IMG/VR virus record: IMGVR_UViG_3300031539_000008
Coordinates: 38,605 to 102,604 of that record
From: a virus
Reading direction: 5' to 3' (one strand)
DNA: 64,000 bases
In this document: positions 47,940-58,463 of the stretch, piece after piece
Numbering within the stretch: position 1 is the first letter of the stretch
Layout: every line of letters starts with the position of its first letter
Notes under the pieces: model-generated
What the model was told of the DNA's origin: nothing
What the model saw: the letters and a program-made list of their open reading frames with translations, nothing else
The model's database searches: none
Position numbers and translations under genes: made by a program

Positions 47940-48410
47940 TCAGTTGCAGCAGCAGCGAGCCCAATCCCCAAAACCGGGGTAGATCGCGGAGTTCGGGCAC
48001 GCGTCCAACCAGTATGCGGTGAACACGTTGAACGCCTGGCAATCTGCCAGGTTGTCCCACTTGACGCTGCCGATGCCGCTGCCAGCCTGCTCAGGTGCGT
48101 CACACTGATCCTCGACGCACCAAAGTAGCTGGATCTTGCAGTATTCTTCGCACGAGTCGTCGGTGGTGCCAGTTGGCTGAAAACAGTCGGTCCACTGGAC
48201 CGGATCACCATCGCCATCGCCATCGCCATCGCCATCGCCATCGCCATCGCCATCGCCATCGCCATCGCCCGTCTCGCTCGTGTCACCATCCCCGTCTCCA
48301 AGATCTGGAAAAGATGTGGTGTCGTCGGTCCCCGATGAATCGTCCTCCGCCCCGTTGTAGTCGTCACGGCAGGCCGAGAGAAGTACGCAGCACAGGATTG
48401 TCACTCGCAT
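47940..48410 (-). CDS. Lipoprotein with (GD)n linker and Cys-rich domain
   Basis: MRVTILCCVLLSA-C lipobox; GDGDGD run; ends RCCCN. Confidence 0.75.
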   Translation of the reverse strand: MRVTILCCVLLSACRDDYNGAEDDSSGTDDTTSFPDLGDGDGDTSETGDGDGDGDGDGDGDGDGDGDGDPVQWTDCFQPTGTTDDSCEEYCKIQLLWCVEDQCDAPEQAGSGIGSVKWDNLADCQAFNVFTAYWLDACPNSAIYPGFGDWARCCCN

Positions 48411-48412
48411 AT

Positions 48413-50426
48413 TTACCTGCATCCAGCCTGGTTGAGCACGTGCTCGACCGCATAGGCCAAGTAGTCCGCGTTGTTTTCCTGTCCGAGCTTGCGGTCTATC
48501 TCGACCATGTTGGGGGCGATCACGTCGTCCCTGATGGCGCCGTGCAGCCACCCGCTCCCGAATCGCCCCTTCAGTCCGTACAGCCGAGTGCACTCGTGGA
48601 TCTGCGCCTCGGTGAGAAAGTCTCCGATGGACACGCTCTTGGTCTGGCTCATCGCATCCTCCCCGCCAGCATCTCCAGTTGCTCGTCCCGTGTCATCTCA
48701 GCCCCGCGCTTGATCTGCTCCTTGCGCACGCTCCAGGTAACCTTCTCCAATAGGCCATGCTCCACGTCCAGCCAGATCTCGGCCATCCACATACCTGGCC
48801 CCATTTCCTGAGCGTGCGGCGTTCCCTCCTTCACCCGGGCCATCCAGCAAGTGCGGTCCTCGTAGGTGTTGTGCACCATGAGGAACGTGCACAAGTGAGC
48901 CGCGCCCAGTGTGTGCTCAGGATGCACGCCGCAGTGCATACAGGTGCCGCACTCGTCACAGACCCCAAACTCGCCGTACCCCTCATCACCGCAGGCGGGA
49001 CAGGCTTTTTGCTGCTCCAATTCCTTACCCTTGGCAGCGCAGCAGTCGTCGGGCGTCCACAGAACGCGGCGGACCTTGTTGCAGTGGACCGCGCGGTTGC
49101 GTGGCTTGCCGAGCGGCCCCTTCTCTGCCGATTTCATCAGGACGATCAGTCCCGCGTTGTCAGTCACACACTTGGCTCCGAACATGGCTAACCTCCATTC
49201 GTTGCGGTCGGTGACCGCGGTTCAGAATTGCTCCGTCGATACCATAGGAATCCCTGGCCATCGCACTCGGCCACACACAGTGTGCCGCCCTCGTGCGCTC
49301 CGAGCTGTAGTTCCCGGGTGCGATGCTGCCCACATGGGCAAGTGATCTCCCGGTGGCCAGTTACGGCGAGTCGACACCCGCCAAGATCCTCGGGCACATA
49401 CACCCACTCGGGCACCGGGTTGCCCAGGACGTACATATCGGGGTCTTCGACGCTTTGTCCGTAGACGGCGCCGGCCTCACGGGTGAATCGTTCAATCTGG
49501 CTCATCGGTCAGCTCCTGGGTAGGGGTGAGCAGGGCGGCTAGCCAACTCATCAGTTCACCTCCCCTGGGACCTCGCGCAACCAGTCGCACATGCGGCCGG
49601 TTACCTCGACTCCATCAAAGTCCTTGGACTTGGCCACGTCCTCACCGAACCCGGTTATCTTACCATCCGCGTCGCGGAGGATCTCGTACCCGTGTATCGT
49701 GGTCCGCATCCGTGTTTGCGTGTGCACTGTCAGCATCTCCACGCATCTCGGGTGCCCCTCCAGTGAGCCATGCTCGTCGCGCCACCGCATGACCTCATCC
49801 ATCTTCTCAGGCCCCACCTCGCCCACAGTCCAGCTCTCAGAGACCATGACGACGGCGCAGGCGTCAACCTGCTTGCAGAGCTTTGGCATCATCCAGCTCA
49901 AGATCTCCTTGCGCTCATCGTTCTGCATGAACTCGGCCAGATTGACGAGATAGGCGCACTGGACCGCGTTGCAGTCTGGGTCGAGGTTGCGTCCGATGAT
50001 ATGAGCGACCGGCGCTGCAAAGCCGTCAGTCATCAGAAAGTGCTTCGCTAGGCGAATCACGTTAGCCTCAACGTCCTTCAGCGGAAGGTCCCCGAGCGGC
50101 AGTCCCGTCATGGGGATGGAAAATGGTTTCTGTGGCATGGCATGGGCTCCTAGTGTGGCTCAGTTGGGTAGATCATCATCATCGTCGGCCACGCTGACGA
50201 TGCGATCGGGGAACATACGGCCGGTGAGATCGAGCGCCGCGTTGATAGCGAGGCCACGTGTCTGGAAGGCGAAGGGCGTGGCCATTCCATTACCGCGCTC
50301 GTCCTCCAGGAAGACATGCCAGTGCCCGTGTGGGCAGCGGTAGGTCTGAACCATGAGGTCGCCCACCATGTGTGCGCCTGGGTCTTCGCTTTCGATCTCG
50401 TGGACGAAACTGATCTCGTAGCTCAT
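48413..50426 (-). other. Run of small accessory ORFs
   Basis: 48413-48652, 48649-49185, 49188-49505, 49551-50138, 50160-50426. Confidence 0.6.
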
Positions 50427-50908
50427 GTCTGTGCCCCTTCCCGCGCTGCCGTGTACTCGATCCCGAGGTCGTCGGGGTTACAGCCGGTCTCAACGTACTC
50501 GCCCTCATCGTCCACGGGCTCAAACCCGATTACCAGGACCACCGGCCCGACCACCGGGCACCACGTGGTGCCGCGAGCGGCCATGAACTCTTCGTGCGAC
50601 GTGTAGACCTTGAACATGGGCTGATCGCCCATGTGTCCGGTGTAGGCATCCCACCCCTCCGGCGGCGGCGGCCAGCCAATGGTTTTCATCGCGAGCACGT
50701 TTGCCGGCATGTTGATCAGGCGCCCCTCCTCGTTCCCGAACGCAAGCACGTGCTCCTGTTCATCGTCGAGCAGTAGCTCAATCCAGCCCTTCTCCTGGTC
50801 TGGGCCGGCGACCGCACGTTGCAGCCAATTCAGGTTAGGGCGAAGCCCGGGTTCCCACTCGCGCCGCACGATGCGTCCATCCGGGTGGACGATGTTGGTG
50901 ACTGGCAT
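50423..50908 (-). CDS. DUF3846-like protein
   Basis: LQRAV...GWIE...NEEGRLINMPANVLA...VVGPVVL. Confidence 0.7.
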   Translation of the reverse strand: MPVTNIVHPDGRIVRREWEPGLRPNLNWLQRAVAGPDQEKGWIELLLDDEQEHVLAFGNEEGRLINMPANVLAMKTIGWPPPPEGWDAYTGHMGDQPMFKVYTSHEEFMAARGTTWCPVVGPVVLVIGFEPVDDEGEYVETGCNPDDLGIEYTAAREGAQT

Positions 50909-50940
50909 GGTCTCTATCTCCGTTGGTTGGTGGTTGAAGG

Positions 50941-50982
50941 AAAAAAGGCGCGGCGACCGGGAGCACGGTTGCCCCGGCCGCC
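50941..50982 (-). terminator. Intrinsic terminator
   Basis: GC hairpin next to A6 on plus strand. Confidence 0.55.
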
Positions 50983-51320
50983 ACTTCCGCTTGTCTTACG
51001 TCAACGGGGCGGCATTACTGCCGAGCAGCCCCCCGTCGCTTGCTCCACGTCGCTATGGGGCAGCGCACCCCCGTGGCCTGACACTTGGGAAAAGTTGCGA
51101 GATCGGCCCAATTCAATAGAGATCGCGGCAGCGCCACTCCCCAGAGCCTTAGCGTATCGTGCTTCCGAACTTGATCGTGAGTTGCAATATCGTGAGAAGA
51201 GGACGGATACCGAAGTAGAGCCTTATCTTCGTGCATAGGCGTTCGTGATGCTTGGGCCCGCGTGCAGAGGCGGCCGTAGGGAAAAACTCACATTGGTAGC
51301 CAGCGGCAACCGATCTCGCA

Positions 51321-51375
51321 GGGGGTGCGGCGGGAATCGAACCCGTGTAGGCGCATCCACTAGCGCCCCGCACCC
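51321..51375 (-). ncRNA. tRNA-like element lacking the anticodon arm
   Basis: GGGTGCGG GGCGC-TAGTGGAT-GCGCC TACA CGGG-TTCGATT-CCCG CCGCACCC. Confidence 0.55.
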
Positions 51376-51387
51376 TACGTTTAGTCT

Positions 51388-51606
51388 CTAAGTACCGGCG
51401 AACCTGGACAGTGCGATCGCGGCTAGTCCGTCGACCCAATCCAGTTTCACCGACGCCGGGATGCTCCCGCCGTCTGCGATCTTGGCGCGAGCCAGTGTGA
51501 TCGCATCGGAGAAGTGGCCCGACTCAGCAAGCAACTTGAGCGCTTGCCAGAATAGCTCATCGTACACCTCGTCTTGCATGGGCATGCGTTGCTGTTCTCT
51601 TGGCAT
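51388..51606 (-). CDS. Hypothetical protein
   Basis: Short ORF after terminator. Confidence 0.45.
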   Translation of the reverse strand: MPREQQRMPMQDEVYDELFWQALKLLAESGHFSDAITLARAKIADGGSIPASVKLDWVDGLAAIALSRFAGT

Positions 51607-51658
51607 AAAAAAACCAGCTACCCGGCCCGGGGCACGTCACCCCGAGCCGGATAGCCGG
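51607..51658 (-). terminator. Intrinsic terminator after AAA ATPase
   Basis: Long imperfect hairpin plus U7. Confidence 0.7.
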
Positions 51659-51676
51659 CGCCCATGCCAGTGGGAC

Positions 51677-53116
51677 CTAGACAAGACCAGCGTGGCTGAT
51701 CTTGCCGTTCTTGGGGTACGTGGGCTCGGGCTGTGCCGACGGTGCCTTGCCTTGGGACAACGCGCTGCCGACGATCGCGGCGGCCTTCTCCAGGTCGCTA
51801 CGATCATCGGGCTCTTGCGGCTGGAGCAACCGCATCTGCTGCTTCATGCCTTCAGCGGCCACGAGCAGGTCGGCCGGGTAAATCTCCGTGGCGTCCCCGG
51901 TGCGGGCGATGGCCGTGAGCTTGCTACGCTCACAGACCTCGCGGATCACCGCGGGAATCTGACCCGCAAGGCGCTCGCCCACTGCCTCCAGATCTTCCAG
52001 ATCGTGCATCCGGAGCAGGTCTCCGGTGTACTTCTCCACGAGGCGGATGGCAGCCCTAGCGTCGGGCGGCTCCACCGGGATCACCGCATCGAGACGGCCG
52101 GGGCGCAGCATGGCAGCGTTGATACGCTCCACGTGGTTGGTGGTGAGCACCACCATGATCTCGGTGTCCTTGCTTTCGATGCCGTCGATCACGTTGAGGA
52201 TCTCGTTGACCTTGGAATCCCGCCGCGAGCCGGTGAGCGCCTGGTCAATGTCCTCGCTGAAGATCACACATGGCTGGTAGCGCCGCGCGAACTCGACCGC
52301 CTGGGCAAGCTGATCGACGTTGGGGATGAGCAGGAACGTCCACCCGTTGCGAGCGCACTTCTTGGCCAACACCTTGGCGGTGAGTGTCTTGCCACACCCA
52401 TAGGGGCCAGCGAGCAGATTGCCGCGCTTGAGCGGGATCCCGTTGCGGCGGCACGCTTCGGTATTCTCGATCGGGCCGAATACCGAAGCGTTGATCATGG
52501 CCTCCACGTGCTCGGGGAAAACGAGCTGGTCCTCGTCCACGGTGGACAGGTCCATGAACTCCGGTTGGAAGTCCTCCACGCTGGTCGCGTCGCTCGGGTT
52601 GATGAACTGCATCCTGAGCGCGTTGCCCCGGTAGATCGACGACGTGGCCAACAAGCGTTCCGCTTCGTGGATGATCGCCCGGAATTCCGGCTCGTTCTTC
52701 CGTTGGACTTCACCAGTGATCCTGAGCACCGGAGTGCCCTGTCGCTGCCCGATCTGCGTCTCCAGGTATCCGTTGACACCCGGAATGACCATCAGGCCCC
52801 ACGGTACGCCCACCGACTCACCGACTCCGGTGCGTAGGGACACAACGCGTGGTGGATCGTCGCCCCACCACGACTTCTTGGGGGTGAGACTCGTCCACCC
52901 GTAGCGGTTGGACAGAGCGGTGGCGAGGGCGTGCGCCCCCTCCATGGGCATGCAGTCGATCGTGTGATCGATGACCACCTTCTGGTTCTCGTCCACGATC
53001 CGGCGCGTGACCCAATCGAGTAGGGCCGTCAGGTCCATATCCACGGGGATGGTGATCTCTTGGGTGTCGGAGCGGAGCAGCTCCACGTCACAGTGCTTCA
53101 ATGCTTGGGTAGTCAC
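51677..53116 (-). CDS. Classic AAA-clade ATPase
   Basis: GPYGCGKT, IFSEDID, LTTNH, AMLRPGRLD second region of homology. Confidence 0.9.
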   Translation of the reverse strand: MTTQALKHCDVELLRSDTQEITIPVDMDLTALLDWVTRRIVDENQKVVIDHTIDCMPMEGAHALATALSNRYGWTSLTPKKSWWGDDPPRVVSLRTGVGESVGVPWGLMVIPGVNGYLETQIGQRQGTPVLRITGEVQRKNEPEFRAIIHEAERLLATSSIYRGNALRMQFINPSDATSVEDFQPEFMDLSTVDEDQLVFPEHVEAMINASVFGPIENTEACRRNGIPLKRGNLLAGPYGCGKTLTAKVLAKKCARNGWTFLLIPNVDQLAQAVEFARRYQPCVIFSEDIDQALTGSRRDSKVNEILNVIDGIESKDTEIMVVLTTNHVERINAAMLRPGRLDAVIPVEPPDARAAIRLVEKYTGDLLRMHDLEDLEAVGERLAGQIPAVIREVCERSKLTAIARTGDATEIYPADLLVAAEGMKQQMRLLQPQEPDDRSDLEKAAAIVGSALSQGKAPSAQPEPTYPKNGKISHAGLV

Positions 53117-53311
53117 TTGATGCCTCACTGGCTTGGTTTGGGTTGAGCTGAACGGACAGAATGACCATTCAGCCACGCCCCGACACAGTGTCGAGACGTG
53201 GCTGTATTCTCATTCAACGTGGCAGCCGGCGTCGGCTGGTCGCGCCGCTTGGACGCGGCGCCGACCACGCGCCGGTAACGGCGGCACGGCCGGCGCTTAC
53301 TTGGCTAACCG

Positions 53312-54007
53312 CTACGTGTGGATTGACCAGCCATCGACTGGACTGAGGGATACCGAGAACGTAGGTGCTCCACCATCTCCACCGTTGTCGTGCTTCCCGT
53401 GGAAGATCACGCCTCCGTTCAGTACGCAACGACCATCGGACACAATCGAGAACTCAAAGCTGTACGGGGCCCAGTCCGCGAACAGTGACACTTTCCCCTT
53501 GTAGTTGCCCGCGATAGCTTGGAGACGGTCCAGGCACTCGACGAGAGACCCCATCTTTTCCACTTTCACTGCGAAGGTGAGCACGCTCTCAAAGTGCTCG
53601 CGGTTGACGATCTCCCAACCATGAGTGCAGTCAGGGGTGCGGGGGTCGCCTGCACTTGCCCGATCGCTCATGTGATCCTCGGCGCGCAGTGTCTCACTGG
53701 AAATCTCACTTGATGGTACGTTGCGCGTTTTCATGTCTTCGTCGTCCTTCGACCAGTGTTCCGCTGCGCGGTATGCTTCAGAGAATTGAGCGCTCAGCTC
53801 GCAGCCAGTGAGCGATGCGACCTTACTCGCGAACAACACGTTGATCGGATGCGTGTTCACGTCGGCCGTGCCTAACTTGTTCTCCCGTGCTTCAGCCCAG
53901 ATCTTGTCGATCAGCTTGGCCCAGGTGTGTAGGACACCGGAAAGGTTACAGGCATCCTGAACATCGAGCGCGGCCTTGAAATCTCGCGCGGTGAGTACCT
54001 CTGTCAC
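53312..54007 (-). CDS. Two-domain hypothetical protein
   Basis: ALDVQDACNLSGV domain followed by DWAPYSFEF...NGGVIFHG...WSIHT domain. Confidence 0.7.
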   Translation of the reverse strand: MTEVLTARDFKAALDVQDACNLSGVLHTWAKLIDKIWAEARENKLGTADVNTHPINVLFASKVASLTGCELSAQFSEAYRAAEHWSKDDEDMKTRNVPSSEISSETLRAEDHMSDRASAGDPRTPDCTHGWEIVNREHFESVLTFAVKVEKMGSLVECLDRLQAIAGNYKGKVSLFADWAPYSFEFSIVSDGRCVLNGGVIFHGKHDNGGDGGAPTFSVSLSPVDGWSIHT

Positions 54008-54045
54008 GGTGTTCCCTCCTTGGTTGGCTACGTTGCGCGCTTCCA

Positions 54046-54267
54046 TCAGATGATCCCCATGTAGAGAAACCATGACGGATGACCGTGTTCACAGATGCCG
54101 TCAGGTTCCACACGGCACCCGTCGGTAGCTTCGACTACGCCATCGTTGCCCCACTCCTCAAGCTGATCGATCTCCGGTGGTTCATCCAGTGGCTCGGGCC
54201 ACTTTGCAGTGTGCCCCGGTGATAGGAAGTCGAGGACCTCCCGTAGCTTCTCTAATTGCGCTGGCAT
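54046..54267 (-). CDS. Small conserved phage protein
   Basis: EATDGCRVEPDGICEHGHPSW. Confidence 0.7.
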   Translation of the reverse strand: MPAQLEKLREVLDFLSPGHTAKWPEPLDEPPEIDQLEEWGNDGVVEATDGCRVEPDGICEHGHPSWFLYMGII

Positions 54268-54317
54268 GGCGTTCTCTCCTTGGTTTGTGTTTTAGTTGTC
54301 CGCTGGAGTGCGGACAC

Positions 54318-54350
54318 AAAAAAACCCCGTGACAAGGCCACGGGGTCTTT
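54318..54350. terminator. Intrinsic terminator
   Basis: A7-ccccgtg-acaaggc-cacgggg-tcttt. Confidence 0.75.
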
Positions 54351-54351
54351 G

Positions 54352-54747
54352 CTACTTCTGCTGGCGGACATCCTGGGGGAACAGCGTGTAGCTATCCGCC
54401 TTGGACATTACGCGGTGATCTCCACCGCGACCCTTGGGGCCGGGCGGATCTGCGATCCCGTCGATCTGATGATCCTTGATGTAGTCGCGGATTTGCTCGG
54501 ATTGCTCCAAGATCTGCAACCACTCGCAAGCGTAGAAGGACGGGGGCCTGGTACGGATACCGTTCATTTGTAGGGCACCATACTTGGTTGTCGAAAGCGA
54601 GATCCCCGATTCTTTCTCCGCTTGGAATTTGCGCAATTTGGTAGCATCAGCCTCCAATTGATCTTGAAGCTGCTGTACCTTCAACGCGAGAGCGGCGTAG
54701 TTTTCGGGAGTGATCTCTTCGACCTGTTTAGCGGTGTTCTTTGACAT
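54352..54747 (-). CDS. Coiled-coil plus small domain protein next to the repeat array
   Basis: MSKNTAKQ start with GGAG RBS; KYGALQMNGIRTRPPSFYACEWLQIL. Confidence 0.65.
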   Translation of the reverse strand: MSKNTAKQVEEITPENYAALALKVQQLQDQLEADATKLRKFQAEKESGISLSTTKYGALQMNGIRTRPPSFYACEWLQILEQSEQIRDYIKDHQIDGIADPPGPKGRGGDHRVMSKADSYTLFPQDVRQQK

Positions 54748-55085
54748 AGGCTTTTTTCTCCGGGGCGTCTGCCCGCCCCTTGGACGCGCGGCCAAGCCGG
54801 CGCCGGTAACAGCGGCACAAGCCCCGGCCGTCGCCGTTTCAGCCGTCCCCCGGGGGGCTGAAACATGCCCCCCACGGGCCCCACAATCGACCACGCGGGG
54901 CTTTGCACCATTCGGCCGTCCCACGCCCCGCGGGCATAGGGCCAAGCCCGCCACGGGCCGCACAATCGGCTGCTAGGGCCAAAACAGCCGGCCCCCCATG
55001 TATAGGGGAATTGGCAGAATAGGGACAAATTGGCCGAATTCGGCCGCGGGCCCTATCCCCTACTTAGATGCCGCGCAAAAAGCGC

Positions 55086-55308
55086 GCCGGTAACAGTGGC
55101 ACGTCCAAGGATCCCCCCAATTCAGCCAAATTTGACCAGATACCCAAGGGATCGACTGCCGGTAACAGTGGCACGATATATCCACGGCCGGATCGGTTGC
55201 CGGTAACAGTGGCACGTCAGGGATCCACTAGGATCGACTAGATCTGTTTGCCGGTAACAGTGGCACGTCAGGGATCCACTCGGATCCGCTTGCCGGTAAC
55301 AGTGGCAC
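55086..55308. repeat. Array of five identical 17-bp repeats GCCGGTAACAGTGGCAC
   Basis: Starts 55086, 55158, 55199, 55250, 55292; near-copies at 54802, 53271 and (inverted) 59286. Confidence 0.92.
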
Positions 55309-55380
55309 CAGCCGGATCGATCGGGATCGGGTTGGCGGCTCCGCTGATGGTCCGCATCAGACCCGGAGGCTAGATTATCG

Positions 55381-55410
55381 TTGACGGCATGATACCAGCC
55401 GTGCTAGTAA
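55381..55410 (+). promoter_or_regulatory. Sigma70-like promoter of the recombination operon
   Basis: TTGACG-18 bp-TAGTAA with extended TG. Confidence 0.45.
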
Positions 55411-55528
55411 CCGAATCGGAACGGAACGTGGCGGAAAACCCCCGCAAAGACGACATGCTGGCGCTCGTGGCCGTGGTCTCGCTGCTCGCAGCGCTAACGC
55501 TTCAGGCCCTCGTGGTCCGGGGGTGCGC

Positions 55529-56422
55529 ATGAGCTTGCAGGACACAGACCGCCAGCGCTGGCTTGAGATGCGCAAGGACGGGCTCGGGGGCAGTGACGCT
55601 GCGACCATCATGGGCGCAAACCCATGGTCCACTCCCTACGCGCTGTTCCTGGAGAAGGTTGGTCTCGTGGACACCTCCGACCAGGACAACGAGCGCATGC
55701 TCTGGGGGCGAAAGCTGGAGGGGGTGATTGCCGCGCACTACGAGGAGGTCACCGGGCGAGCGCTAGCGCCGGGGGTCGAAATGGTGTTCTCGCGCGAGCG
55801 CAAGCATCTATTCGCCAACACCGACCGGATGATACTCCCGATCGAAGGCAGAACGAAACCGGGCGTCTACGAGGGTAAGACGACCAGCGCCTACAACCTC
55901 GATGACTGGCGTGGCGGAAAGATTCCGCTTTACTACCAAGTGCAGACGCAGCACTACATCTACGTGACCGAAACCGACTGGGGCAGCGTAGCCTGCCTGG
56001 TTGGCGGCCAGCAGTTTGAGTGGAGCGACATCGAGCGCAACGATGCCTTCCTCAAGGCGTACGTGAAGAAGGCCGACGAGTTTTGGGACCGTGTGCTCAA
56101 CAACGACCCGCCGGAGATGGAGGGCCACCCCTCCGAGCGCCGGGCGCTGAACCTTCTATACGGCGAGGACACCGGCGAGGTCATCGAGCTTCCCGAGCAG
56201 GTCCAGGAGTGGGCTGACCGCATGGCCGAGGCCAAGGAGCGCGAGAAGGCGGCGAAGGACGAGCGCCAGAGCTGCGAGACGCTCATCGTCGGCGCTATGA
56301 AGGATGCCTCGTTCGGCCGGCTGCCCGACGGGACAGCGTTCAAGTACGTCGTGGAGCGCAAGAAGGCCCACACCAGGGCAGCCTGGGAGGGCCGCGTGCT
56401 CAGGAAGGTGAAGCGGTTTTGA
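55529..56422 (+). CDS. YqaJ-like viral recombinase exonuclease
   Basis: WLEMRKDGLGGSDAATIMGANPW, ANTDR, YEGKT, YYQVQTQHY. Confidence 0.92.
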   Translation: MSLQDTDRQRWLEMRKDGLGGSDAATIMGANPWSTPYALFLEKVGLVDTSDQDNERMLWGRKLEGVIAAHYEEVTGRALAPGVEMVFSRERKHLFANTDRMILPIEGRTKPGVYEGKTTSAYNLDDWRGGKIPLYYQVQTQHYIYVTETDWGSVACLVGGQQFEWSDIERNDAFLKAYVKKADEFWDRVLNNDPPEMEGHPSERRALNLLYGEDTGEVIELPEQVQEWADRMAEAKEREKAAKDERQSCETLIVGAMKDASFGRLPDGTAFKYVVERKKAHTRAAWEGRVLRKVKRF

Positions 56423-58454
56423 TCGTCTACACGCTGGAGATCGGCGTCGCCTACGAGGGTGGCGCGCTGGAGACCATCGCGTTGAGCAGGGAGGAGATTC
56501 TCAAGCACCACGCTTACGCGCAGTTTGAGGAAAGAGAGGGTGGTTGCGTCTACCGCAAGGTACGCAAATGGGACCTCGACGACGGGTCTTGCCAGGTTGT
56601 CGAGATGGATTGGGGACGATAGCTGTGGCTCTTTGGACCGACACGCTGCCCAAGAGTTGTCCATTCTGCCGCGCTCCTCTTCACTGGAACCGAGGATCCC
56701 CGATCCTTATTCTGATGTTCGGCTGGCGGCCGTGCTGCACGGACTGCATGAAGAACCTCAACACCCGTTGCTCCTCACTGGAAGTGAATCCATGGTAGGC
56801 CGAACCGTCCCCAATCAGACCTGTCCAGGGTGCAGCGCAAAATTGGAAGCTGCCACCCACGCGGGCCCAGGAAGCCCCTCCCCGAATCCAGGCGACATCA
56901 GCGTCTGCCTCTACTGTCAGATGCCGCTGAGATTCAACGATGAGCTGCGCCTGGAACCTTTGGATCTGGAGAAGCTGGCGCTGGAGAACCCCGAGTCGGA
57001 CGAGGAAGTGAAACGGGTTGTGCTGACGATGAAGATGATGGAGTCGACGGGGCGCATGAGAGTGCCGAAGGGAAAGTGAGACCATGGTAGATGAAACAGA
57101 ATGTCCGCCCACGCCTACGCCCGACATGACCGTGCGCGGGGCGATCAACCTGCGCTCTCATTGGGAGGCGAAGAACGACCTGCGCAGCATCATCGCGTTT
57201 TGGAGGGAAGGAAAAACGCTTACAGCATTCAGCGCCACACTGTCCTCTTGGGCGATGGAGTTGGGGGTGACGCCCGAGCCGCCTCCGTGGCTGGACTCCG
57301 TGGAGGCCGCGCTCAGCGGTCAGTCCGATCTGGACAACAAACTGATAGAGGGCGCACTCACGTCCGTCACTGCTGCCCATCGAGATCAAGTGAACAAGTT
57401 GGAGGATGCCCTCGCCTGGGCGCTGAATCGCATCCTCTATGCCAGCGTGGAGCAGGCCCGAAGCGGCGACGTGGTGACCTTCGACGGCCAGTCAGGGGAC
57501 GAGGTAGTCGAAAAAATCGAGGGCATCGTAGGAGACGTACGTGCGCGTGCGCGTACGCGCGAAGGAGGGGCCGGCGGGGGTTTCAAGCGCGGCGTTGCCC
57601 CGATGGTAGGTGGCGATGCTGAAGGCTGAGACCGAGACAGAACGGCGCCTGGTCGGCCTGGTCGGCGCACTGATGGCCATGGCGCCAGATTTACTCAAGG
57701 TGGCCCTCAAGGCTGCGGAGCTTGACGGCGAAGAGTTGGATGCCCTGGTCAAGCGCTCCGCTGGCGAGGACCCAGGCAGGTCCTTCTCCTGCACGATGTG
57801 GAACGTGATGAACAACACGATCGGGGCCGAGATGCTCAGCCATGAGGAGATCCTGCTCAAGATGGAAAGGAAGCCTGATGCCAGCGACTTGCCGTAGCTG
57901 CCACGCGCCTATTCTGTGGGTGACGACTCCGAGCGGGAAAAAGATGCCGCTCGATCCTGACCCAGTTGACCACGCTGATGGCAGCGCTCTGTTCGTGTAC
58001 TGCGGGGACAACGAGGTTCGGCCCTCCACCAAGGGTGATCGCCTCAGCGACGCCGTTGAATACGCCAGTCACTTCTCCACGTGCCCAGACGCTGGCCAGT
58101 GGCGGGAAGACAAGAGCCCTGTGGTCGAGTGTCCCAAGTGCAAGCACCGCTTCGTAGGAAAACCGTTACCAAGGAAAAAGAAGGGATAGACGCATGACTG
58201 GATGGAAGAAGCCACGATGGCAGGGAGCTGCCAGCCTCACAGGTCCAAGCTCGAAACCGTTACCGCCCACCGAGGCCGAGGTGGTCGCCACTCCGGAACC
58301 GTTACCTCCCGCAGAAGCCGAGGCGACTCCCACACCGGAACCGTTACCGCCCGCAGAAGGACTCGCCCAGAGTTCGGATCCAGGGCCAGCGCCCGATGCA
58401 CCGTCGGAGAACGCATCACCCAATGATCCAGCCCAGACCACGGAGACCGAGTAG
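56419..58454 (+). other. Run of small ORFs including Zn-finger proteins
   Basis: 56792-57079 (CPGC...CLYC), 57084-57629, 57616-57897, 57878-58189 (CRSC...HFSTC), 58194-58454 (TPEPLPPAE repeats). Confidence 0.65.
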
Positions 58455-58463
58455 GAAGGAAAC

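Noticed and set aside
51321-51375. Functional tRNA gene or attP site
   Set aside because: No anticodon arm; no integrase recognised in the window
51677-53116. AAA ATPase as genome-packaging motor or sigma54 activator
   Set aside because: Classic AAA second region of homology, not FtsK/A32 or terminase type; no GAFTGA; far from structural genes
55086-55308. CRISPR mini-array
   Set aside because: Repeat only 17 bp, spacers 55/24/34/25 bp and partly identical to each other, no cas genes; dispersed copies fit binding sites better
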